From the NCBI RefSeq assembly GCF_006345805.1, contig NC_043003.1, positions 22,010,001 through 22,074,000 of the forward strand: a stretch of DNA of 64,000 nt, in the 5' to 3' direction. Origin of the DNA: Octopus sinensis. Lineage: Eukaryota. Position 1 is the stretch's first letter, and each line of letters starts with the position of its first letter. Below the pieces are notes generated by a model. The model did not search any database and was not told the DNA's origin. It saw nothing but the letters and a program-made list of their open reading frames with translations. The position numbers and the translations under genes are program-made. Positions 40,266 through 52,660 of the stretch are shown here, piece after piece.

Positions 40266-41381
40266 TAAGAGAGTAGAAATACAGCCTTTGACTACATGTT
40301 TATAAGCTTTTTAGTTTTTGATTTTAAATCTTTGCAGTTCACTTTTGCTGTTGATTACTTTAGTGTTGATAAAATAAGTATCAGCACTTAGATTGAGATC
40401 AGTTCGTTTCGGTCTTCCTGCTGCTCCTTCTCCTCGTATGAGGAAGTGAAAATCAAGTCCAATCCCAGTTAGAACAAATAAGTATGTGTATATAAGTGTG
40501 TTGTTTGTAAATGAAATAGGTGATGCCAGATGCATTTCCAAGAAGAAATACCAGTCAGAACACCACTGAAAGTGTTTTAGGGAAACAATAACAGAAAATT
40601 AACTTCAAAATATGACAATGTTTTTATACTTTTACTCTGTTGTCTAAATAGTTGTTAATTGCTATTTTGTCAGAGTTTTCCTTTTAAATATAAATTCATG
40701 TTGTCATCATCATCATCATCATCATCAGCATCATAAGTAAATTTAAATGTAGATGTTTATTTCTGATTGTTTTTGTTGTTGTTATGGTGGTGGTGGTGTT
40801 GATGGTGTATATGCATGGAAGCTCATGTACTTGCTCCTGTGCAATGTACATTAACTTATGCATATTCTAGTCATGAAGTTCTGAATGATGAGTGTGTTGA
40901 TAAGAATCTGAAAATTTACAAACAGCCAATATCATTTCCACATTGTCTCTGCATTAATGGTATGCTAATGTTTTCAATTTGTTTATATGGTTGTTTATCA
41001 AATCCAATAATGACTCCATTTTCTCCTTAAATATTGGAACCTTTTGGGGGCCACAGAATCCCAACTGCTATTGCCAATGTTTTACTTAGCATGTACTCCG
41101 TGAGCAAAGAGACTACAGATGAGATTATATTTCTTCCTCACAGACGTGTGTGGTACCCTGACCATTGCAAACTCAGTGACCACCCTTGAGATTCAAAATC
41201 CATTATCCATATTGCAAGAGTTGGTATTAGAGCAATGAAGGTTTTGACATTGGAGGTGTACATTTCCCAGTATCATAAGCTTTACTGTGAAGGAGATAAA
41301 TACAGTTGTGAGTGACTCAAGACAACTGGTACCTCCACTTAACAGCCAGAGGCTGCTGGAAATGTGGTCTGTTGGAAACTA

Positions 41382-41700
41382 CCGTAAATCCTTGAGTATA
41401 ACATGCAGGGGATTTTTTAGGGGGCTGTACCTCTGAAAAACTTAAACCTTTTGTATAATATGCACCCCTTTTCTAACTTGAGTCAAGGAGGTCTATGACT
41501 TCATTGCTCTCAGGCTTAGCTTAAGGTATTTTCATGCCTGACATCACAAAATGAGTCTGTATAAACATTGCCGGACAGCAAATAGACTCGGACATTGCTT
41601 AGAAAATATTTTTCATTTTTAACCTCGTATATAGTACGCACTAGGGATTTTGACCTTTAAATTTTGGGGACAAATGCGGATTATACTCAAGGATTTACGG
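41382..41700. mobile_element. pogo/Tigger-type MITE
   Basis: Perfect 20-bp TIR ccgtaaatccttgagtataa / ttatactcaaggatttacgg flanked by TA (41380-81, 41701-02). Confidence 0.9.
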
Positions 41701-44177
41701 TACTTTACCCCCACCCACTTTTTTTTTTTACAGTATCTCCGTTGAAATACATTGCCTTAGTTTCAATTAATTTTGAAACTAATGGCGAATTTGGCAAAAT
41801 AACCATATTATTATTACACTGATGTTTGGAATGTAAATTATACAGTATTTTGATGAAAGGTTTTAAGTTGCTTTAAAATGGGAAGATTGTAACATAGAAT
41901 GAGGGGCAATATCATAAGAGTTAAAGCCAACCACCACGGCTTGTTTTTCTCCCAGTATGTACGCCACTACGTTTTGTCTTCCTGGAAAGAAAGCAGGTCA
42001 GTGCAGATAGGTTGTCCAACCATGGCCTCCTCCCCCTCTCTCTCAGGGACCACCTCATTCAAAAGTCGTCTTAACAGTGCACCCCTTCACCTTGCAAAAA
42101 TTTCTATATTCCATGTGCTCTAATACTAGATAGCTGTTGATCCTGTACTGGGTTCACTCAGTCTTTTGACAGCATTTTTTTGGTGGGGGTGCAGTTTGGC
42201 CTACTAAGTCTCTCTCTAATAGCACTATCCATCAGGTTAGCCAAGTAAATAGTGTTGTTTACCTAATAGAAAGCTCTAGTTTAGTCACTGATGATCCAAT
42301 CTTGTAACAGCTTGTATTCGATTACATCACCAGCAACACTTAATGCAACCTGACACAGTGTTCTCTATATGTGTCCACTTGCATGTGCGCATGCACACAC
42401 ACACAGTTGCATCATACTGACAAACACTTCAGAATATCTGCTGAAGAATAGTCATCTTCATATAAAGTTAGTTGTATGATCTTTCACCTTGGTGGATGAG
42501 ATACTTGCTCAAGAATGTCATAAACATGGTATGTTCATTCTGTATAGCATGTATGTAAGTACATTAAGGACTATGTTGACAAAATCTGTTAATTCACTCA
42601 GGAACCAAACAAATTGAGCATGTGTGTGTGTGTGTGTGATAGAGAGAGAGAGAGAGAGAAGTGCTTGCAAATTCTTATAAATTCCAAATATCCAGAAGTT
42701 TTTAAAAAATGGCTAAGTAGTCTATGAACTAACCCTAAACAAACTGATGGTTTGAAAGAAGTTGTCTTTGTTTAGTGTTTGTTGTGGTGCTGTCTGTTCA
42801 ACTGAAAGCATGTTGACTCTCTCTGCAAATATGAGAATGATGGATTAATCTGTGTAGAGAGTTAAGAGAATCTAGGAGAAAGTGGAGTGGGTTTGACATT
42901 AAAGCAATAAAGATAGTAACTATTTATGTTTAGAATTAGAGTGATTGGAGCTCTTTTATTTTATCTCATTATTGAAAGAAGTGGTGGGAGAGACCACATG
43001 TAGAATAAAAAATACAGAGCACCATATTTATTACTTGTATATAAATCGTGGCTATTCCTTATCTTAACATAAGTCCATTAGTAATTCAGAGGTAAAACAG
43101 TTTTCAACAATGCTGAAAATTGTGGACAGCTTTGTGAGATACACCTAAATATTTAGCCAGTTTTTGTAGTAGTTACTTCACTTTACTCTGGACAACATGA
43201 CACTGAGCATTTAATAATAACTTTGCTGCAGTACTCTGTTATCATTTCAGCTGCTTGTTATACTTCTGATTCTATTTTGTGCATGCATGCACTTAGTACT
43301 CTCTCTCTCTTATTAACCTTCTTGGAACTTCACTGACCTCACTACCATGTGGACATTACTCCCAAGAAGGAAACTTTACATTCACTTCAATCAAATAAGA
43401 TAACTGAATTTAATAATTTCTGCTATCAAACTGTGTACCCCAAACCCACTTCACTCCTCATGGATGTCTGTCTGTTCAAGCTTATGGAAATGTGTAAATA
43501 GTATATCCCGTCCTCAAAAAGAGCAAGTTCTCTGATTCTGCTCATTTCCAAAGTAGAATTGGAAAGTAGAACAGGCAGCAGGAATGGTAACATTAGAGTT
43601 CTTTGACATGGTTATTATTATTTAACTTTCTAGTGTCATTCAGAAATGGAAACAGCTATAATGACCATCTCCTCTATTACTAAATATTTCTCCCTTCTCT
43701 GTGATCATGGCTGTAAAGCCAGATCTATTGGAGGACTGCTATTTTGCATTTGAGAATTTACACGAACTTAGATGGAAATAAGTTATTTTATATATCAGCT
43801 ATGTCTTCCTCTTAGCTAAGTTGCCTTTTTATGGGTTTCAACGAGTTTTTTTTCATCTCTTTCAGCTGAAGTTTTCTGACAGATAGAGACTTCATTAGGT
43901 GTTGATGGGTTTTTATTTGACTCTCACTCAATCGTGTTTTTCTTAGGGTTCACTTGTGCCACTGCCATCATTTCCTAAGTACATGAATTACCTTCCTACT
44001 GTAAACATCTATAACTATACATTCCTATGTAGGTGATGCTATTCTGTACTCCTTGACTGTTACATGCAACCAAAACACATCTTGCTTGATATGCAGTTAC
44101 TTTTATGATTAGACAGCTTAAAAGCTTTCTGCAAGAACAAGCCAACCTCATCTAACAACACCAAGACACTTCATGAT

Positions 44178-44345
44178 GAGCATCATCATCCGTTGTCCTT
44201 GCTAGCATGGGTTGGACAGCTTGATCAGAGCTGGGGAGCTGCACCAAACTCCAGCCGGATGTGGAATTTTTTCTAAGGCTGAATGCCTTTCCTAACACCA
44301 ACCACTTTACAGAGTGCGCAGGGCACTTTTACGTGGTGCTGCACT
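44178..44345 (-). mobile_element. SINE family B
   Basis: catcatcatccgttgtccttgctagcatgggttggacag. Confidence 0.8.
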
Positions 44346-44539
44346 GATGCTTTTACCTATTTAGGGCTAGATAATACTTAAAAACATTTGCTGGCTCACC
44401 ACAAGGCATAGTATCTCTCATATTAGAGTACAGCTCATGTAACAGCGATGATGCAGCTGTTACACAAACCTTTATAGACTGCATCTAGAAACAAAGCATT
44501 TGAGGCATCTGTTTTATATGTAAACTTTATCCACCTTAC

Positions 44540-44866
44540 ACTCTTTTACTTGTTTCAGTCATTTGACTGTGGCCATGTTGGAGCACCACCTTTAGTCGAA
44601 CACATCGACCTCAGGATTTATTCTTTGTAAGAATAGTACTTATTCTGTTGGTTTCTTTTGCCGAACTGCTAAGTTACAGGGACATAAACACACCAACATC
44701 TATGTACAACGGGCTACTTTCAGTCTCCGTCTACCAAATCCACTCACAAAGCTTTGGTTGGTGCGAGGCTATAGAAGACACTTGCCCAAGGTGCCACGCA
44801 GTGGGACTGTACCCGGAGCCATGTGGTTGGGAAGCAAGCTTCTTAACACAAACCAACCAGTGCCCT
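44540..44866 (-). mobile_element. SINE family A
   Basis: ctcttttacttgtttcagtcatttgactgtggccatg..gacacttgcccaaggtgccacgcagtgggactg. Confidence 0.92.
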
Positions 44867-45499
44867 ATGCCCTTCATGTGCCTCTTTTATCATTATTACA
44901 ATGGTTCTTGCTCTCCTGAATTAGTATGTGATCTATCATCCACTGCTTCTATCTGCCCTTTCCTTGACTTATCTTTTCTACTCTCACCCCACCTTGAAAC
45001 TGTACACTACACGTCTCCCTGTTGTCCAGAATTACATTCTACTGACTATCCATCACTGCTCTGTAGAAACCCAAGCTGAGTAATAGCCTCTCCAACTTGG
45101 CAGAACCTGTGGTCACTGCAACTCTTCCTTGGTTTTAAGTAACATATTTGCACATGCACACACTTTATTTTAAGCCAAGGAGTGTGAGTGCATGTGCACA
45201 CACACACACACACACACACTCAAACTCTCCCTTTCTCTTTCTCCCATCTCCTTCCCCACTCTCTGATATGTCATAAAAAAAAAAATCTGATGAGAAGCAG
45301 TTTTCCGATAAGGAATGATACAGCACTAGATCTCTTTTTAAACATTATCCCATCTTATATGATAATCCTTTATCCTCCTCAACTCTGAAAAGAAATAATT
45401 TGCCTGATATTAAATATTATTGTTTGTAAAATAGAGATGGCCAAGACATTGGAGCATCAGACTAAGTGCATTGGATTTTTTTTTTTTTTTTTTTTTTTT

Positions 45500-45620
45500 G
45501 TTGTTATTCTTGGATCTGCATTCAAACCTTGCTGGGATTGATTTTAGCTTCATCCCTCCTGGTAGGGGCAGGGTCAATAAAAATATGTGCTGAGGTCAAT
45601 GTAGTTGACTCAACTTCAAC
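45500..45620 (+). mobile_element. SINE family E fragment
   Basis: cattcaaaccttgctgggattgattttagcttcatccctc. Confidence 0.5.
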
Positions 45621-46257
45621 AATTGATTTTATACCCTTGTAAGGGATGGTAGCAGCAGCAGCAGTTCCTGCTACTGCTGTAGAATGTATGGATTAATAAC
45701 CATTTTTGTTGCGTTTCTATGTTACTCTTTGTTGGAGCAGGGGAACATAAAACAAAAGGTTAAGAATAAGAACTCTTAGTTTGTATGGCTTAGATTTATT
45801 TATAAGCTAGCTTCGCTTCTCATAATATGTTTTATCTTTGTCGTGACATCAACGATTGGGTATTCGCTATAGCTTTCTACATCTTCTAGCCTTTTACTTT
45901 ATTTCTTTACCATTCAATTATATCAGTAAATGCACATGCTCAAATAGACATTTTACCCATTGCTTCTCTTTTTCCCTCTTTCTTAACTTCTCTACATATG
46001 ACTTTTTAAAGCTTGTAAGCATGACATACATTTTGTCTGGGATAAATGTAGCTTAGTCAGTCATCATTATTGCTTATAATGATGATGTACTTTGGTTTTT
46101 CTTGTTGCAAAAGGAATGTAATATGTTTTTTACCTAGTTAATCCAGCATTTACAGGGTGCTTATTTTATCGATTCCTTCATTATGGAGTGAAATATGGTG
46201 CTCCTGCCTTGTCGCCACTTACCAGATCTAAAAACACAAGCCAATAAGAAAACCTTT

Positions 46258-46447
46258 TCACAGTTGCTTGACCTACTAAAAATGGCAGCCAAATCTCCCT
46301 AAGATTATTCTATATTATCTTTAAAGAAAAGAAAGACAGATGCATTGACTAATCCTGGATGTACAAAAAGACAAGATTAGTCAAGGTGGAACAATTTTTT
46401 ATCATAAATCTGCTCAAGCAGAGCTAACTATGAACTAAACAGCAACT
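46258..46447 (+). mobile_element. SINE family G 3' part
   Basis: ggcagccaaatctccct..tcataaatctgctcaagcagagctaactatgaactaaacagcaac. Confidence 0.7.
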
Positions 46448-46698
46448 CTCATTTTGGTAAATGTTACATTTATCTAATCTTCTTCACCCATTTATTCCTG
46501 GAGGGTTGTGAGAGCAATATCCTCAAATATGCCTTCCATCAGGTCAGAAGCAGCTGTCTCCAATTAATCTGCCTGGATCTCTAAGCAAGACCAACTGAGC
46601 TCATGGATGTTATCCAGTTATCTTGTTTGCTTCTGCCCCTGGGTGAAATAATTTGTTTTATGTTTGTTTCTTGCATGCTAGTATGGATTAGACAAATA

Positions 46699-47937
46699 TT
46701 CGGTCATCCCATAAATAATATGGTTTTTTTAATTGCATAAACTAAAAGTGGGTGGGCAGGGGACAAACTACTTGCATCAACTTGCTATAAAAGCAGGCAG
46801 TAATTTTACCATGTCCTTATTCTTAATTCAAGTTTTAAAGAATGCAGTTCGTTTTTAAGTTGTTATTTTTTTTCAAAGCTATAATGGAAGTGACAAAGGA
46901 GCATATTTGGCATATTGTGTTTTATGAGTTCAGTAAAGGCAACAACGCAACAGAAAGCATGAGGAATATTAATGCAGTATATGAGGATTGGACAATAAGC
47001 ATGAGCCAGTGTCAACAGTGGTTCCAGAAATTCCAAGTTGGAAACTACAGCCTAGAACATGAGCCTTGTCCTGGAAGATCTGTAGAGCTTGATAAGGACG
47101 TCCTGCAAACCCTGATGGAACAAAATCCCATTGTTGAAGGGATAGCAGAGCAACCATTCATCGACACCTGCATGCCATCGGAAAAGTCTGCAAATTGGGT
47201 CGTTGGGTTTCTCTAAAACTTTCCGAGTCTAATTGCTTGCAGAGAGTGAATGTGTGCTCTTCTTTGCTGTCACGTCTCATGACTGAAGCTTTTTGGGATC
47301 AAATAGTGACTGGTGACGAGAAATGGGTTCTCTATAAAAATGTCGAGCACCGAAGACAGTGAGTAGGAATGGAGAAGCATCAGCACCCAAGGCTAAAGAA
47401 GGTCTTCACCCACATAAGGTGTTGTTATCTGTTTGTTGGGATATGAAAGGTTTAGTCCACTTGGAACTTTTAAACCCAAACCAAACAATAACAAAGATCT
47501 ACTGTGAGCAGCTTAAGTTTGTGCTACAAGAAAAACGATCATCTTTGGTTTCAAGATGTAAGTTTTCTTCCATCAGGATAATGCTCAGCCACATACAGTG
47601 AGGATGTCATTCCAAAGGCTGGAGTACTTTAAATGGGAAATGATGCCCCACCCACCGTATTCGTCAGACATTGCCCCATGTGATTACCATTTATTCTGCA
47701 GTCTTCAAAATCATTTAGACAGAAAAAAATATGAATTCTATAGACGAGGTCAGAACAGTACTGGAGGAGTATTTTTCATCACGGACATGGGAATTTTTAA
47801 AGAGGGGCCTCAAAGTCTACCAGATAGATAGAAGACCATTGTAGAAAATGAAGGGGAGTATATTTTAGATTAAAAATCTTAATTTTGGAAAATAAAAGAA
47901 GTATAAAAAAAACTGAATTATTTATGGGATAACCCAA
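46699..47937 (+). mobile_element. Full-length decayed mariner (DD34D)
   Basis: TA TSDs; TIR ttcggtcatcccataaataat / attatttatgggataacccaa; ATG 46884 MEVTKEHIWH..WFQKF, IVTGDEKW, QDNAQPH-x-HPPYSSDIAPCDYHLF with 34 residues between the aspartates; frameshifts and stops. Confidence 0.95.
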
Positions 47938-47954
47938 TATATTATTGAGGCATT

Positions 47955-48210
47955 GTTTTACAACCAGATGCTCTTTCAGTTACTAACCCTTACCTGTTTT
48001 CTAAGTAAGGGTTCTTTTTATTTCACATGTCTTCAAATGTGCAATGCAAGCCAGTAATATCTTGACAGGAAAAGTAACACCACCACCACTTATAGCTCAT
48101 GACTTTCATAGAATGCGAATGTAAACACAGAAAACACACTTCTTTCAGTTTCTGTCTACCAAACTCACAAGGCTTTGGTCAGCTCTATGCTTTAGTGGAA
48201 GATACTTGCC
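47955..48210 (-). mobile_element. SINE family C
   Basis: agatgctctttcagttactaacccttacctg..cttctttcagtttctgtctacc..gatacttgccc. Confidence 0.7.
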
Positions 48211-48359
48211 CTATGTTTATATGTGTAAGGGACCTCATCAAATCTGCAAGCACTCTATACATTCTATCTATACTTCCTACTGGCCATTTATAATAGTATC
48301 AACATCTATTTTCATCATTTTTGCTCTCCATCAGTTTTCTTTAGTCCTGATGCCATGAT

Positions 48360-48610
48360 AAAAAGCAACTAGTACACTGTGTTAAGTGTGGAAGTTGCCA
48401 CATCTTCAACAAGACCTTTAGTCTTGTTGAATATGTGGCAACTTCTCTAATGCTAAGTGCCATGAGAAAGTGTGCCCGCTATACTCAGTAAGGTGGTTGG
48501 TGTAGAAACCAAGCCAGAAATGAACCTTACAAATGAGATTTCCCCTGAGAGCAACAGTTACCTGTCCAACTCCTGCCAGCATAGAAAGCAGATGTAAGTG
48601 GGTGATGGTG
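48360..48610 (+). mobile_element. SINE family B (degenerate)
   Basis: aaaagcaactagtacactg..ggtggttggtgtag..gtccaactcctgccagcatagaaagcagatgtaa. Confidence 0.65.
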
Positions 48611-49179
48611 GCAATACACACATATACTTGGAAAGAGAGAGAAAGAAAAATGTTTATGGAAAAGTGCCGTCTGATACTGTCATTCAGTTTATCTTTACTA
48701 CTTTCCTTTTGTTATGGTTTGTCTTCCACTGAATTGCTTTCCTTACATACGAAGCAGTAGCAGTTGTAGTTGTTATTCTGGGAGGTGACTTGTATTACTT
48801 AGAGAGGAAAATTGCTGGCGGCTGGTGGATCAATCTTATTGTAAGTAATGCAGGCCATCTTCAGAAAATGGATGCTTTATACTGCGTTCAGCTTGGTGCA
48901 TCAGGATGTATTCGTGTCCTACCACATTCAATAACTGTTATCAGTTGAAAGCTCACTAAAACATACCCATATAATACTGTGACTAAGTCTATTGATTTCA
49001 TTTCTTTCTTTACTGAAGAGTTTGTGTAGTTAATTTTGAAGCAGGTTTAAAAATAATTAAAATATTTTTTGATAAAGATTACAAGAGCTCTACTTCAAGA
49101 TTTTTGTTTTTTTTCTTGTATCAAGGATAAATTAGTCTCTTCCAGCTATGTTCTTTGGATGATTTAAGGAAAATACTGC

Positions 49180-49365
49180 AAGTTGTTCACCCTAGTTCAT
49201 ACTGATTAAGCAGACCTATGATCAAAGGTGTTCTAACTGTAACCATTTTGTCTTGTATCTAGGTATTACATGATGATGTAGTTCCTAATGTTTTTTTTTT
49301 TGCAAGTAATAGGGTATGATTTGATAGAGTTTGGCTGTTGTTTCTACCTTGTAAAAACAACCACA
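49180..49365 (-). mobile_element. SINE family G 3' part
   Basis: gttgttcaccctag..agcagacctatgatcaaaggtgttctaactgtaacc. Confidence 0.7.
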
Positions 49366-49384
49366 AAATATGCTATCTTGCTTA

Positions 49385-49592
49385 TTCAACTGTGCATCAC
49401 TCTATAAAGTGGTTGGTGCTATGAAGGGTATCTAGCTGTAGACACTAAGGCCAAATGCTATGTACAAGACCATGACTTGATCCTTGGCTAATAATCTAGG
49501 ACAGTAACTCCAAATAGAAACTAGCTCAGAATGCGATAACCTTTCCAACCCATGCCAGCATGGACAACGGTCACAAAAAGGTTGATGATAAA
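49385..49592 (+). mobile_element. SINE family B
   Basis: aaagtggttggtgctatgaagggtatctagctgtag..ccaacccatgccagcatggacaacgg. Confidence 0.75.
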
Positions 49593-50096
49593 AGTAATGA
49601 ATGAATCAATGAGAGTTAAGTGTTTTAGCCATTGATAAAGTGCAGAACTATTGATATAGTATGAACCATGAAAACAACTGACTTGGCTATTGGCATATGT
49701 GATGATGACTGCTTTAAAAAGTGGGTTTTGTTGAGTTTTTTTGTTTGCTTTTTTTTTTTAGTTGACTGATATTTAAATGTTAATTCTAATTTAAGAATAT
49801 TTGTATTCATTATATTTTCATCGATAGTTTTGTTATTATTATTATTAATATTATGTTTATTTTAATTTAGCCTGTTTCATATCAGTTGCTTTAATCAGAA
49901 TGATTAATAGTTGAAAATGTTATTCAAATTTTTATGAATTCACATCGCTGCTGAAATTTCTTTCTAAAAAAATCCCCCCAAAAAACTCCCGTTTTATTTT
50001 TAATTTTGTTCAGAACTATTTTGAAATAAATTTTAATGTTAATGGTGTCATCTTTATTTATTTTTCCCTCTCTCTTTTTTCTCTTTTCTTTTTAAG

Positions 50097-50191
50097 GATG
50101 AGGTCGTTGTTGAGAGCACAGAGTCGTCATCGCCGGTGGTACAGCAGTCAGTGCCGGCATCATCATCATCATCTACTTCATCATCTACATC

Positions 50192-50226
<35 letters not shown>

Positions 50227-50406
50227 TATCACCCCCAACACCACCACCACAACAACAGCAAACAAACCCTACAGTTGATTGTAGGGAACTGCAGGTGGAT
50301 GAGGTAGCATTGCTGTCTTCTGGTGCTACCATCATTAAAGATGGTGAGACTCCAGAAATGGCACTGCTGAAGGCAGCTATTGGGAAGGACAAGAAGAAAG
50401 ACAAAG
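50097..50406 (+). CDS. Internal coding exon (phase 0 to phase 1) of an unidentified low-complexity protein
   Basis: Long polypyrimidine tract ending ttttaag at 50096; open frame DEVVVESTESSSPVVQQSVPA-polySer-PPTPPPQQQQTNPTVDCRELQVDEVALLSSGATIIKDGETPEMALLKAAIGKDKKKDK; donor AAAG|GTGATT at 50407; GC well above background. Confidence 0.75.
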
Positions 50407-51129
50407 GTGATTATCATCATCATCATTATTTATTTATTTATTTATTTTTTTTTTTTTTGAGGTGGCAAACTAGCAGAATCATTACAACGCCAGAAAAAAT
50501 GCTTTGGGGCATTTCTTCCAATTTACATTTTGAGTTCACATGCTGCATGAGTCAACTTTGCTCTGGCCTTATGCCAAAATTTGAAATTTATTATTATTAT
50601 TTATTTAATTATTTCAATTTCTTAAATTTGATATTTGATGGGTTAACCTTAAAATAGAGAAATTAAACGCAATCCTATGGAATCTGACCTTTCGATAGAT
50701 TTTCTTCCATATTTCATACATTCTGTACATGATATCTGTATTTTACTCTGCAAGAAGGCTTGTTTTCAAACCATTTATTCCCAATTTATTGTTCTGATAA
50801 ATCCATACAAATATTAATGCCATGTTTAGCGTGGGCAACAATGGTTATCCTTCCAGAAAACATGCATACGTAAACAAACACCTAACTATTGACAAACCTG
50901 ATAATGGCACCTCACTGTTTGTGCTTCTTTTGTATTTCGTTCAGTCTCCCTTTCCCTCTCGTCCTCTTTTATTTATTGTAAAGAATGTCGCATAAACATT
51001 GGTTTATTTCACAATTTGATTTCAATGTGAATCTATTGTACACGTTATGTACACATACAAACATACGTAAACACACAAACCTCCCACAACCCCCGCTCCA
51101 CCCTTGCTACTGCTCTTACATTATTCTAG

Positions 51130-51522
51130 ACTAGCAGTATCGCCCGGCATTGCTCGGGTTTGTTTCGACCCGTTAGAATTGGAATTTTTGAAAAATAAAA
51201 ATTTTGCATTATGTAGCTTGTTATTCTCTTTAAGTGAGCATTTTTCTGGTTGAAAAACACCGAAAAATGGCAACACAGCAGTCAAAAAATTGCAAAAAAT
51301 AGGGATTTCCATAGAAAAAAAAGCACCTTTTTGATGTAAATAATTTTTGGTGTTAACATGGTCCGATTTGAATTTTTTTCTTCTATGGAAGGAAGAGCGA
51401 GCCTTCTATCATACTCTCAATTTTGGTCAACTTGCGCCGCAGGGTCTCGGAGGAGATAGTGTTAGTTGAAGGCTACCAAACCTGCCATACACAGACAACT
51501 TCAGCTTTATATATAGAGAGAT
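51130..51522 (+). mobile_element. Putative non-autonomous Helitron/Helentron-like (HINE/DINE-type) element
   Basis: Starts actagcagtatcgcccggcattgctcggg (small cccg..cggg hairpin), ends cagacaacttcagctttatatatagagagat; CpG-rich; no TSD seen. Confidence 0.55.
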
Positions 51523-51886
51523 TAGCTAATGTTGAGCAACATAAATTTCGTCTGGACATGCTACTGTTAGGAAATTTGAAAACAAAACTATATATCTATT
51601 CTTTTAATTCTCATACTGGTTTTAGGTATTGATCTTTGGTTAAGCTCGGGCACTGTCTCTAATGGTTTCAGTTGATTATATTCTCGTTGCACTCAATATC
51701 TTTCCTGGTGCTTATTTTGATAGTATTAGAAATAAAAAGGTACGTGATCTTAGATGTCAAGGGAGATAACTTAGCTAGACCTAACTAGCTCAAGGTATGT
51801 TTGTTTGCTGTACCGGTTTTGTTCATTCAGCAGTCAAGGGGTGTGAGAGAAAGAGAGACGTGGGGGCATCCTGTAATAATAATAAT

Positions 51887-52364
51887 TATAAATAAACCAG
51901 ATATTATTATAAAAGATCAGACAAAAAAAGGTGTGTTTATTAAAATTGACATGAGTATTCCTTGCGATCACAATATAGCAGCGAAAGAATTTGACAAGAT
52001 CAGTAAATATAAAGACTTGCTAATAGAAATTGAAAAATGTGGCATCTCAAGGCAACTACAGTACCAGTGATTGTAGGATCTATAGGAATGATAAAAAAAG
52101 GTACTGAAACCTATTTGAAAATGATACCAGGCTTACCATCGCTACAGGAATTTCAAAAAGTCGTACTGAGAAGAGCATTATCGCTGTGAAAACAACATCC
52201 ATTCATGTATTTATTTATTTATTTTTTAAATACATATTTTACCTGTGAATTTGCGTGTGTAATCTGGGAATGCATACAATGAGCTTCTCTGCCCCAGATG
52301 TACAGAAAACACTCAACGAGAAACGGAAGAAAATTTGAAGAAAGAAGGAAAATAATAATAATAA
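51887..52364 (+). mobile_element. 5'-truncated R4/Dong-type non-LTR retrotransposon (restriction-like endonuclease C-terminus)
   Basis: NKPDIIIKDQTKK..IDMSIPCDHNIAAKEFDKISKYKDLLIEIEK(fs)WHLKATTVPVIVGSIGMIKKG..RRALSL* (52187-89): a PD-x-D..E..K..KY RLE motif; flanked by (TAA)n at 51874-51886 and 52351-52364. Confidence 0.85.
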
Positions 52365-52660
52365 CGAACTTATTGTATACAGTGTTCAGGTGCACTACAA
52401 CTCATCTCAGAAGGTAGCCAAAAGTGCATGTACAGTACATAGAACAGTGCACAAAAAGACAGGAAGGTGAACAGTGAATGAGTCATTAAAAAAATAACAT
52501 CAAGCCTAGTGTTAGTGACAAGCAGTCCCACATTTTTGTTTACTAAGTGTCACTCATTGAGTGTTGGTCAACTTGAGTCTACAACAAAAGACACTTGCTC
52601 AAAGTGTCACACAGTGGGACTGCAAAGCAAGCGTCTTAAATTATGTGGCTGTGCCCATGC
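52365..52660 (-). mobile_element. SINE with A-type head and a different tail (family D)
   Basis: Reverse head gacacttgctcaaagtgtcacacagtgggactg; distinct 3' part cgaacttattgtatacagtgttcaggtgcac. Confidence 0.6.

Larger units (their letters stand above)
43780..45150 (+). mobile_element. CR1/Jockey-group LINE relic (RT domain and C-terminus), split by two SINEs
   Basis: LLAKLPFYGF (about 43810), FLKYMNYLP and IHSYVGDAIL (decayed YADD, about 44020-44045), FYHYYNGSCSPEL (about 44885). Confidence 0.6.

Noticed and set aside
41899-42150. Possible RTE endonuclease N-terminus on the minus strand (TWNI..DLLSFQE)
   Set aside because: Too degenerate to call with confidence by eye.
46842-47831. SETMAR-like host gene
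   Set aside because: TIRs, TA TSDs, frameshifts and no SET domain: a mariner copy.
48755-48840. Possible exon ending in a consensus GTAAGT donor
   Set aside because: Weak acceptor and an unconvincing peptide (AVAVVVVILGGDLYYLERK..); cannot be supported without transcripts.
50054-50426. Poly-His and poly-Asp ORFs (50098+, 50054-, 50229-)
   Set aside because: Alternative readings of the (TCA)n tract; only the poly-Ser frame fits both splice sites and the next exon.
51672-51739. Possible 68-nt cassette exon (tttcag|..AAG|GTACGT, open in phase 1)
   Set aside because: Ends in phase 0, incompatible with exon 62853; AT-rich; no supporting homology. RNA-seq could revive it as a poison exon.
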